Assembly (NCBI RefSeq): GCF_009914755.1
Contig: NC_060925.1
Length of the DNA: 64,000 bases
Reading direction: 5' to 3' (one strand)
Origin: the human T2T-CHM13v2.0 reference genome, Homo sapiens
Shown: positions 10,421-21,633 of the stretch, in pieces
Numbering within the stretch: position 1 is the stretch's first letter
How the letters are laid out: each line of letters opens with the position of its first letter
Made by a program: the position numbers and the translations under genes
The notes under the pieces: generated by a model
The model's input: the letters and a program-made list of their open reading frames with translations, nothing else
The model's database searches: none
Told to the model about the DNA's origin: nothing

Positions 10421-13400
10421 GTACGTGGTACATCTTAAACTTTCTATTTTGCATTTATATGATATGCGTTTTATAAACAATGGTAGAATGATTTTGTTTA
10501 ATGGCTAAGACTAAAATTTCTCTAGCTCGCATATGCACTTAAGTGATTGCTGGGTAAATGTCTATTGTGATGGTTTTGTTTTAAAGATGTAGCTTTGTTG
10601 ATGGTGTTTTTGCTATGTGCATCAGAGACCGGGTTTTCTTTTTCTTTTTTTTTTTTTTCGGGATTTGAAAAAATTGCTGAGCTTGACAGATTTTTTTTTC
10701 CTCCTAGCGCTTGCTCGGTTCCAGAAAGGGGTGGGGGGAAATCCTGTACGTGCTCTGTTCTGTAAAAGACGTCTGGCCTCAGCAGTCAACCTAACCCGAA
10801 AAGAAATGTCTGGACCCGGAGAATAATTGACGATTTGATCCTCTAATCAATGGGACAACTTGGGAGATTGACAAAAGCTTTATCCAATCATAAGGAAGCT
10901 TGGGTGTACAATAGTTCTCAATAGCCAGAGGGGGCGGGGCAGAGGAGATCTGAAGTTCTCTGCAGCTCTGAAGGGGATGGTGTGGTTCAAGCTGTCAAAG
11001 CTACAAGCGCTTCCGGATTTAGCAAGCACAATAGGAAAGAATTTTCGCGTTTAAGAAAAAAAAAAAAGCTGATCGGGGGAGTTTTGCATGAATCGTGTGC
11101 CTTCTTCCTTGTCTTTTGGAAAAAGAAACATTCTGCTAGAGAAATAACTTTGTATTGTTATTAACTTTGCATTAGCTATTATTTTTATGCTCAGGGAAGT
11201 TGGTAACTTGTGGAATGTGAAGTTCAACTTTAAGAAACGTGTGGCTTAAATCTTGCCTGAATTGTGGGACTGTAGTGAGCTTTGGGAAGTAATATATTGC
11301 GTATTCAGCATTACAAAACTTCTTACTCTGATTATCTTAGAAGCTTTGGCATTTCAAGTACTTTGAAATTAATAGGTAAACCTCTCTTCTTGAACTCTAA
11401 ACAACAGTTTTAAAGGAGAGAATGTTTCACATGTGGACTAGCAGCTGTCTTACACACTTGAAAGAAATTAGGGGAGTGTTTTTTCTTGGCTATTCTTGAA
11501 TTCTGCTTTTTAAGTATATGGTCAGTAGGAAATAGGACGTTAAGACTGGCCAAGTTCACGTTTCTCCTTGTTACCACAACAACCCCCGTGGAGAGTGTAT
11601 GGAAGATCGCTGACTTGCTAACTGTTAGTTGGAGTCTGGCCTCTTGGACAAGTGCTTGATACAAATCCAGTGGAAACCAACTGCAGTAGCTTGTCTTGGA
11701 GACAGTAACTGGCAGCCTCTGACTAAAATATCTCCATCTCCTCCTCTCTGAGCAGCGTAGACACCCAATTCTGTTGGGAAGTGAATGGAAAATAATATGG
11801 GCTCTTTCCCTTCTTTGGATTAAATTCCCATCGAGCTATTTCCCAAGGCTTTAGGCCTTCCAGTCAAATCTGGCTTGGAAATTTGATGTAAGAATTCACT
11901 TGGACACTCACTTCAGCAACATGATTCAATTTAGGATTATATGCACATAAGAAAAATCTGCACAGAAGTGACCAGCAGGTCAAAAACCAGAGAAGAAAAA
12001 ATGTTGAAAAATGCCAGTTAATAAAGTTAGTTTTGGTAAGAACTACAGAGTTATGGTGTTGTCGCTTATGAATCCCAGTCCTATCTTCACTGCTTTGGGT
12101 ATTAAAATCTAAATCATATTAATAAGATCTCCCTATTAAGTAACCTCCAAAATGAGAGCTATTTGAGATGTACATATAAGTGAAACCTTATTGACGTAAT
12201 TTATATATCTAAGAGGATTTCACTAAAGCTGGCAAGGTAACGTTTCTGCAAATAAAACACAGTAAATGCAAGGCTGGGCTCTGTGCCAGGAAGAATATGG
12301 ATAGCAGAGAGCATGACAGGAGCCTCCTTTGCGCAGAGACAATCCCATTTCAAGGCAGCCTCCTACCACTTGGAAAATAAATGATTGGAGAGGTTATTTC
12401 CAATAAGGGGTTTATCCTTCCTAACAATGGGTCATTTATATGATTGCAGTGAACTAGTTTCCATACTTCACCTGCGTTTCCTCCACTGCTCTCTCTACTA
12501 TCCTTTCTTTCTTCCCTCCTCCTCCATCCCTGCTCTCTCTCAAGTGCCTTAGTATCTTTGTGAACTCTGGACAAGGATTTACTTTTGCAACTTGGGAAGA
12601 GGGGAGAGGGTTGGAAATGTTTTTTACCCCCAGTCTGCCCTTTGAGGAACATCTGTTTCTTTGTGCGTGTGTTTAAATTTATGCCTGTTGGAGAGAAAGT
12701 TACCAGAAGCCTTTCTGTAACTGTAACTCTTCTACTGTATTTTTCTCAGTCTTGTTTCCAAAGGCTGTAGTTGGAACTGTGCTTTGTAGTGTTCCCCCGC
12801 CTCCCCCGCTCCCTCCGCGGGGGAGGGAGCGGGAGCTGGCGGAGATAGGAGAGAAAGCAGGAGCGGATGTGAAGGGCTTTGGTGCTGAACTTGGATCCAG
12901 CCCTTGCCTAGAGGGCGCAAACAATCGTCCCATATCCAAAAGTCTTACGAAGGGCGCCAAAAGTTACTTAAGATAATATTGCTAACCGCAGAAAGCTGGA
13001 AATCGCGGGGCACATCCACTGCTGCAACAAAAGAAGTTTTTAAAGTAGAAATATCAGCATTAAATTACTTCCCCCATTAAAAAAAAAAAACAGGGCGACA
13101 TGCCAGTCCTTTTTAAAAAAAATCTTTTTTTTCCTTGAGACTCAAAAGTAAGAATCTTTGCCGTTTTGAAAATAGGCAGATGTGAAGTGTATCTTTTAAT
13201 ACACCAAAAGAAAGATTTTAATCTGCTCTGGAAGAGAGCTTCCCGAGTACACACTCTGAACAATAACTTTTCACTGTGCCTCAGTTACATGTTGGGACCG
13301 TCAGCCAGAAACTTCTATCGAGGAAACTTGGAGCGCATTGAAGTTATAGATCCCAGCAAAGGTTCTCGTGGCCAGGGATGTTGTCTCTGTAACACAGCTT

Positions 13401-14077
13401 GGCTTTTAGGACATTCCTCCCCTACTAAAATCTGAGAGGAACCAAGGAAAAGCAGTGGGTTAAGTTTGGGAAAATGGACTCTCTCATTAAAGGCTGAAAT
13501 CATTATTTCTCCTCACTCCTTAGTAAATAATCTTGAGAGATTTCCAAGGATGTTCAGGAGGGAGGGTGGGAGAGAGAATGGTTCTTGAGCATTCGGGAAT
13601 TATTTTGGCAATAAAGTAACTAAAGTACAAGCATAAAATAACTTTAGACAGATGCAGAATTATTTCAGAGGTTCTCTTTTGCTCTTTCTCCAGTACAGTA
13701 TTTCCTGCCCCTTGCTTTGAAAAGAAGTCTGAATGAGAGTGGCCTTAACACATCACTCACCCTCACTTGTTAACACATCACTTACCCTCACTTTCCTACA
13801 GGAATGTCCCCTCTTTAGAGACTCTCTGGTTATGTCACCTCCACCGAAGGGCAGATTCCCCTGTGTGCCAGTGTCTTTCAACATGATACCTACCTCTTTC
13901 CTTTTGGAATTTTGAGAAGGGTTGTCAAATGCAGCATTTTGCAAACCATCATGAGGAAGAGAAGTAAAATAAGGGATGGGGGCTTAGAAGAGGCAGGTAG
14001 GCTTTCCCCCCTCCGAGAGAGGAGAGCCTAGAGAGAAAATATGAGGTTAAAAAAAAAAAACTGGAAAAGCAGGCTTA

Positions 14078-14092
14078 CTGGCAACTTGCCAA
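14078..14092. promoter_or_regulatory. Full palindromic NFI binding motif CTGGC-AACTT-GCCAA
   Basis: Matches YTGGC(N5)GCCAA. Motif match only; occupancy unknown. Confidence 0.5.
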
Positions 14093-14725
14093 ACCCTAAA
14101 AACCACCCCCCTCTTTTCTGCCAAAACAATACTTTAGCAAACCTAAAATAATTGCAGGAAGCTCTTTTCCATTTTAAGAACTATTACCTGGGGGAGGGAA
14201 AAAAGGGATTCTTAAAAGGCACCCTTCCAGAGGTGTCCCAGAAACTGGGACGGTAATGATAGCCTATGTCCAGTTCTGGGCACGCGTTTGTGGATCAGAA
14301 TATCTCCCTTCCCTAAGGGGACATCCCTTTCACATATTTTTTTCCTCCTAAAAAGTAAAAGATGTCACAGCTAAACCACTGTTGTTTCTGAACGTGATAG
14401 AACTTTTTCTATGGCGTCTGTGTTCAAACCCACTAGTTTCACAGTCCTGGGAGGGATAACGCTCATTAATCTCCGCCTTCTTTTCTCCAGACCCCCGCCC
14501 CCCAAATCCGGTGAATCTTCTGTGGGCACTGATTCCTCACCACCCCCGCTTCTGAATGCCACAGGACCGAAGCTGCACAAAGTTTGCAGGATTGTGTGCA
14601 TAATTACCTCTGCCGACGAATCTATTCCCACAGAAAGCTTCGCTGGAGAGATTACAATGCTTTGAGCCTTACCGCATTTCAGTGGGGGAAAAAAAGTTAC
14701 CTAGGAGGTCTGATTTTTCAAAGAA

Positions 14726-14743
14726 ATTTGCATACATGCAAAT
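14726..14743. promoter_or_regulatory. Inverted pair of POU octamers ATTTGCAT-AC-ATGCAAAT
   Basis: Two perfect octamers, 2-nt spacer. Motif match only. Confidence 0.55.
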
Positions 14744-14839
14744 GTGCCGCCCGGCCTCCTCCTCGGTTCTCTACGTGCCCACGCGGTGGCCCGGGGGGTG
14801 CGGGGCAACCTGGCAAAGTTGCCCAAGTCCTCCACCGAG
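14736..14839 (+). CDS. NFIA: NFIA alternative upstream coding exon (MQMCRPASSSVLYVPTRWPGGCGATWQSCPSPPP-R) of the N-terminally extended isoform
   Basis: ATG at 14736, 34 codons + AG, donor GTCCGC at 14840. Joined to acceptor CCCAG|A at 15553 it stays in frame to the canonical ATG (+45 aa). Matches my recollection of the long NFIA isoform. Confidence 0.75.
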
Positions 14840-15552
14840 GTCCGCGGAGGTCTGCAGCGGGGGTGGGGGGATGGGGACGAGGAAAAGTAGTTTTGTTTGC
14901 TTAAGCACATCCTGTGGCAGCCTATAGCTGCCCGGGAGTACAGACTGTAACTGCTCCTCACTGCGTTACCCAGTAATGCGCTGATCGGGGGAGGGGGCGG
15001 GGGGGCCGGGGAGCGAGCGGGAGAGCGAGCAAGCGAGCGAGCAAGGAGCGAGCCACGGAGAGAGCCGGGGAGCGAGCGAGCCAGCCTGCGAGCGCGAGCG
15101 GCCGCGGAGGCTCGGGACCCGGCTGGCCGCGCGGCGCCGCAGCCGCCCCCTCCCCCACACCCCCTCCCCCCCGCGGCGGCGGCGCGAGCGGGCGGCGGCT
15201 GTGCGGTGCGGTGCAGAGCGGAGGCGGAGGCGGGCGCGCGGGCAGCTCGCGGGCACCCGGCCGGGCCGGCGCGGGAGCGGGAAAGGGTGCGCTATGCCTT
15301 TAACACCCGCGTACAGTAGGCATGTATAGTGGAGTGTAGGGAAACTCTAGGCGGGGTTAAAGTTCAGCTCATGGAGCGGCAATAGCGCTGGCTGGCTGGC
15401 TGCAGTTGAGCCGACTTGGAAATGTGAACGCAAGAAGCAGGCTTGATTTTTTTTTCTCCCCCCTTCTCTCTCTCTCTCTCTCTCTCTCTTCCTCTCTCCC
15501 TCTTTCTCCTCTCTCACCCACACTCACGCACACCTCCAAACCGCACACCCAG

Positions 15553-15583
15553 ACGCACACGCATACCCCAGCGCCCGGCAGTT
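15553..15583 (+). CDS. NFIA: 5' extension of exon 1 used by the long isoform (RTRIPQRPAV) via an internal acceptor
   Basis: AG at 15551-15552 after a pyrimidine/C-rich tract. 1 nt + 10 codons in frame with ATG 15584. Confidence 0.7.
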
Positions 15584-15610
15584 ATGTATTCTCCGCTCTG
15601 TCTCACCCAG
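15584..15610 (+). CDS. NFIA: NFIA canonical first coding exon (MYSPLCLTQ), phase 0, splices to 20941
   Basis: ATG TAT TCT CCG CTC TGT CTC ACC CAG followed by donor GTAAGC at 15611. MYSPLCLTQ-DEFHPF is the recognised NFI-A N-terminus. Lies in a CpG island. Confidence 0.97.
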
Positions 15611-16551
15611 GTAAGCCGCGGCGTGGATGCGGAGGGCTTGGGGGCCGGGGCGCCGGGGGCAGGGCTGGGGCTGGGTGGGGGGCACCGGGGCCGTCGCTCC
15701 GGCCGGGCCCAGGGCGTGCGTCTCGGTGTGTGTCTGTGTCTGCGCGTGTTTCTGTGTGTGTGCGCGCGTGTGCCCGCGGGTGGGGGGGGGGATCCCGCTT
15801 AAAGAAAGTAACTTTGTTTCCATGCGGGTGCATTCCTCTTGCACGGCCATTTGTGTGGGCACATGGCTAATGGCGCCCTCTTATTAATGCGTTAATTAAT
15901 ATCGGGGCGACGGACTGCGGAACAGCAGTGTTTTCGGACACCCCGCACGTGTTTCGGCGGGGTTGCAGTCCATGACACGCAGAAATCTGGCTCAGCGTTT
16001 CTGCTGCCGGGAGCAGGGATTCCGTAGTGCCGCAGCGCCCGGGGAGGGGGCCGCCGACGGAGCCCACCGCTCACCCCGCACGCTCGGGCCGGCTGCAGTC
16101 CTCGGGTGCGGGGAGACCTCGGGTGCCTGCGCCCAACGGCCCGCTCCCCGCAGCCTGCGCTGCCGCAGCCCCCCGCCGTCTTCCCGAACTCTTACTTTTG
16201 TTTATTGTTTGTCAGCCTTCGGGGTCCGGCCGCGGAAAGGACGCGGGCTCCCGTCCCGGCCCCGGCCCGGACAGCGCCCCTCGGACGCGGGCAGGCTGCG
16301 GCTAGCCCTCGGCTGAGCGGGGCTACGTGGACGCGCGTTCCCCCGCGCCGGCCGGGTGGAGCCTGCGTCCTCGCCGCGCGCCGGTGGCCCGTTGGCTCTC
16401 CCGGAGTGAAAGTTTCGGGGCCGAGACGAGCCCACGTTGTGCAGGGCGCCGAACGCCGGAGGCCGCGGGCCGCGGGCCGGGTAGCGCCGGGCAGAGTTGG
16501 GCTCCTAGCCGGGAGCCGGAGCGGCGGCCCGGGCCGGACACGGCTCCCCCC

Positions 16552-16584
16552 GCCGCCGCCGCCGCCACCACCACCACCGCCACC
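16552..16584. repeat. (GCC)5(ACC)4 trinucleotide tract in intron 1
   Basis: Read directly from sequence. Confidence 0.9.
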
Positions 16585-19500
16585 GCGCGACTCCGGCCGC
16601 TCCGCGCGCAGGACGGGGGCAACTTTTCCCCTCCGACTCAACTCAGAGCATGGGGCTCTTGCGCCCCACCGCCTCTCCTTTCCGTGCCCCCCTGTCCATC
16701 CCTCCCTTGTCTACCCACCCCCAGGCAAAATATTGCTACTTCGAGACTTCAAATCCGGTCCCCTTTGAATATGTTATTTGTTTTCCTTGACTAAAAGGCT
16801 TGAAGTCAAAGTGGTTTTGCGCTATTTTTTTTTTAAGCGTGAGATTTCATACTGCTTTGGTACATTAGGATCTGACCATTAATCACCTACATGAAGTTAT
16901 ATGCTTCACATAAAATGTTTATTCACCTCTCCCTTAAAAAACCTACCACTTCTTGCCTTCATTTAGTAGGAGATAACGGTTTAACCGGAATAGTTTCTGG
17001 AAGGCTAAAAAGTATCAGTAGTTTTCGCTCTCCTCTCTAGATTCTGGATTTATTTCCCACATGACATCCCTTCTTATTGCAATATCTAACAGTAATAATA
17101 CCGGGTATTTGATCTCAGAAGACTCTTAAACGCATCTTTTATGTTGAAATGGTCTGTTTGGGATTTAGGCCTAGCATTAATAATGGATAGCAGTTACTTT
17201 TAGTTACTGTAAAAGTTTTTTTTTTTTTTCCTAACAAACTTCCAAAGTTCCTATTTTAGTAACTTGTGGAAGTATGGAATGAAACTTTTCCAACCACTTC
17301 TGGCAAGGTTCACAATTGCATATGGATAAGATGCAAAGTGTAAGATAATTTGAATGAATTACGGACTATAGTGAAAATGCTGAGATTCGAAGGCTGAAGT
17401 TCTAGCTGGCAGAAGTTTGCAACACACAGAACTTGTAGATAATATCAGCGAGCTGCAATAAAGGGAAAGGACCCTAACAGATACATTAGTGTCTTCTCAA
17501 TTGAGCTCTGAAAAGATAAATTTATATTTGGGAATGGTGCATATATGAGGGCACCTGTATATCCATGCAGGCCTAGGGCACAGTCAGGTATTTAACAAAG
17601 TTGGCCTCTGTTGGTTCATGAGGTATTATGACATTAAGAGAGTTTTTTTTTTTCTTTTTTTTTCGGCTTACATATTCAGCAGCGTTGATTGATGCATTCA
17701 CTAGGCCTTCTTCTGGAAACACCACTAAGAGAAATGCTTATTTAGTGTAACAGTTTGTAAAGAAAATGTACAATAAATAGTGAATGAGGGCTCATATTTT
17801 ATGGGTTCTGCTTTTAAAAATTTATTTACAATTTATTTAACTTGCTGGGATATTTATAATGTTTTAGAGCCAGTTTTAGGAAGAAGAACTTCGGTAGTTT
17901 ATTGCTCATTAAAAAAAATCAGTAAGCACAGTGATTTCTATCACTATACTCTAAATGAAACTCCATTTAACTTGTAGGCAATTTAAAAAAAAACTTTACC
18001 AAGAAAAACCTAGACATCTTATTTTAATCAAATATGGGCATATAATCAAATCAGGTACTGTCCATATAATGATAACCCAGCAGAAATTTGTAGGTGAACT
18101 TTTAAAAAAAGTAGTTTCCAGAAATATCAGCATTCAGTGGTTCTTAAACTTGGCTCACTTTCAAACAGATCAATGTTTAAGATGCTGATTCAAAGTAATA
18201 CCACTTTTGAAACAGGTTTTCAGGTTTGTTTTTATTGGTGGCCTATAACTTTCTCACTGAGTACATATGTAAAACGTTCTTTTTTTCCTCTTGAATGTTA
18301 TGAAATAGTACCTAGCTTATAGCGATATGTTCAGCAACATGAATTATAAGGGCACACTACTTTTTTTTTTTAACTAATCATTTATGCTATTCCTGGACAT
18401 TTCTTGCAAGCTAATGATACTCTTTAGTTTTGATATTCTGGAATATTTTAAATCATGACTTGAGAAAGATACATTAGAAAAAATCAATACTTTAATTGTG
18501 CATATGAGTAAAGTTATACAAAATATTGTGGACTTTTACTGGCAGGTTCTTAACCTTTGGGGAGTAATACATTGTAAATACTTTTGATGCAAAATTGGGG
18601 ACTTAAGTTATTCTTAATGACTAATTGACATAGTTGTTCTTGTTTAAGGATTTTTATGATGAGATATATGGGCATTTGGTTGGCAGGTAAACAGAATCCT
18701 GTTGGACACGAATGCATGCATGCAGTTTGCAGTTTTTTGAAAAGCATATTGGGAGTATCTACAGACACTTAAAATGCCATATTAGAATGTTTATTTTAAA
18801 TGCTTATTATCATTAATCAAACTTTTAAATAAGATAACATTTTAACATAGATATGAATCGTTTGGAGCTAAGTTATACTTTGCATTATAAAATGGGGATG
18901 AAACTTTAAAATGAAGTCCTCCTTTTGGTGAAAGCTCACTTGGTAGTTTAAGGTAGACTCCAGGAGTTTTTTGCATAATACAACAGAGTCTTGGTCCCTA
19001 GCATGTCTTGTATATATAAGAAAATCAGTCAATGTGAAGTTCTGTTTCAAACCTAAAATTTATGTATTTTAGATCATTTCAAGGATGAGCTCAGAATTTA
19101 GTAACGTTTAGATGCTTTGTGGTTTGGCGTATACCTTTGCAGATAAACTGTGACTTGCCCCCCATGCCTGTCACCTAAAGTATGAGAATAAGAAATATTC
19201 TCAAACATCAGAAATTTTAAAAATGTTAATGGTTTATGGCAAGAATAACAATTCCTGTATTTTTTTCTATTCTCTCTCTACTTAAAGAATGCACACGTGT
19301 TACAAAAGCTGACTACTTCTCTTTTGGATTCTTTTATTGAAAAAGAGCAGTTTTGAAAGCTAAACTTGAAACATAGAACCTGAAATTTGTGCAGAGAGGA
19401 AAAAAGTCAGTTATTGAAGTAATTTATTATGTATTAATATATACTTACTTTTAAAAGCTCAGTCATATAGAGTGTTTAAATGATTGATTATAATTTGCTA

Positions 19501-20940
19501 AATTTTTAAACAACACGACTATTAAATATTTTACCTTATCAGTTCACATTTGAACATTTAAAAATTTAGTAATTGTGTTAATAATAATATTCTGGACATT
19601 ACTGCTACCTGTGCCTTGAAAGTATATATTTAGTTAGATATAACAAACTGAAAAAGAATGCATTTTATAATATTTGTCTGTCCTACACCATTTAGCAAAA
19701 AAGCCATCGAATCTTTCTTTGGTTTCTAATCCTCATTTATTTGAAGGTAATCTATGTTTTGGAGAGGGGGTTATGTGGCAGAGAGAAGTTATGTAACAGT
19801 GTGGATTAGTTAATCAAAAGTTAGACGTACTCCGAAAGCTTTGTGGAGGTTACTGCTTAATTTTTTAAAAAATATATTTATATTTCCTAAGAAAATGTCA
19901 TGTATAAGGATCAAACATTTTAAGCAAAACAGAAAGAAACATTTAAATATTTGAAACTCAATTTTTTTTTCAATTTTAAGAGGCATCTATGAGGGTTTTC
20001 CCGGCATCTTGTAAATATTGAAAATACCAGGTTCTGATTCCCTATGAGAAAAATCCTGAAATAGTATTTGCAAAAATTAAATAATCTATTTTTTAGGTAT
20101 GATTATTACTGAAAGCACTTCACAATCATATTAGTAAATTAAATGTATTCATGTATGCTTTTCTTTGTTTTTTTTTCCTCTTTCTTCCCCCTTTTTGTTT
20201 CATTCCCATAGTATTAGCAATTATGTCTTGGGCATAGATCTTTTATTTTAGCCTAATAAATATCAAATTCAATCCTTCTTTTGTATATGAACCTCCCAAA
20301 TTTGTCCTAGTTTTTGACTAAAAAAATTATATGTAGTTATAATATTTAAAAGGGGAATTTAGACACTAGCAAAATGAGTAAGAAACATATCAGAATCTAC
20401 ATGCAATATTTTTAGGGGGAAAGCCTTTGTTTTCATTGATTGTAGAGATGATTTTTTGCTCCTAGACTTCCATAAACATTGACTGGCATCTAAATGTTTA
20501 GGATTTGCCAATCTGGCGGCTGGGCCCTGGCTGTACTACAAGTGGTGAGGTCAAGGCTGGGACAAAATTAGATATGCCTTCCTTGAAATAGGGTTAAGAT
20601 TATACATTGTTATAAGCATTTAGATAAACTTCACTTACTATCTAAAGGATGGGGAGCTAGGCCCGACAGTAGTAGCTGGTGTACCCTGGTGAACATATTA
20701 AAACAGTTTTTTAATTTTCAGCAGTTTTTTTATTTCCGATCATAAGAAATGATACTGATAGTTTTCTCTCCCACCTTCCCAGACTTCCCATAGGATCCTG
20801 TGTATGATTTTGGTAACAGAATGCTCTAATCAAATTTCAAGTGAAATGAGGAATTTCTTTCTTAAGGTGACCCGCTGAAGAAAAGTTGTTTTCTTTTGTT
20901 TTCATTCTACTTATATTTTTCTTTTTGTTCATTTTCCTAG

Positions 20941-21633
<693 letters not shown>

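Larger units (their letters stand above)
14740..16720 (+). promoter_or_regulatory. Main NFIA CpG island (promoter, exon 1, start of intron 1)
   Basis: Very high GC and CpG density; GC boxes (GGGGCGGGG ~14994); (GAGC)n 15010-15100; (CT)n 15461-15515 in the 5' UTR. Confidence 0.92.

Noticed and set aside
14958-16794. Many 60-220 aa Pro/Gly/Arg-rich ORFs on both strands
   Set aside because: Typical CpG-island artefacts. Only the segments bounded by splice sites were accepted as NFIA exons.
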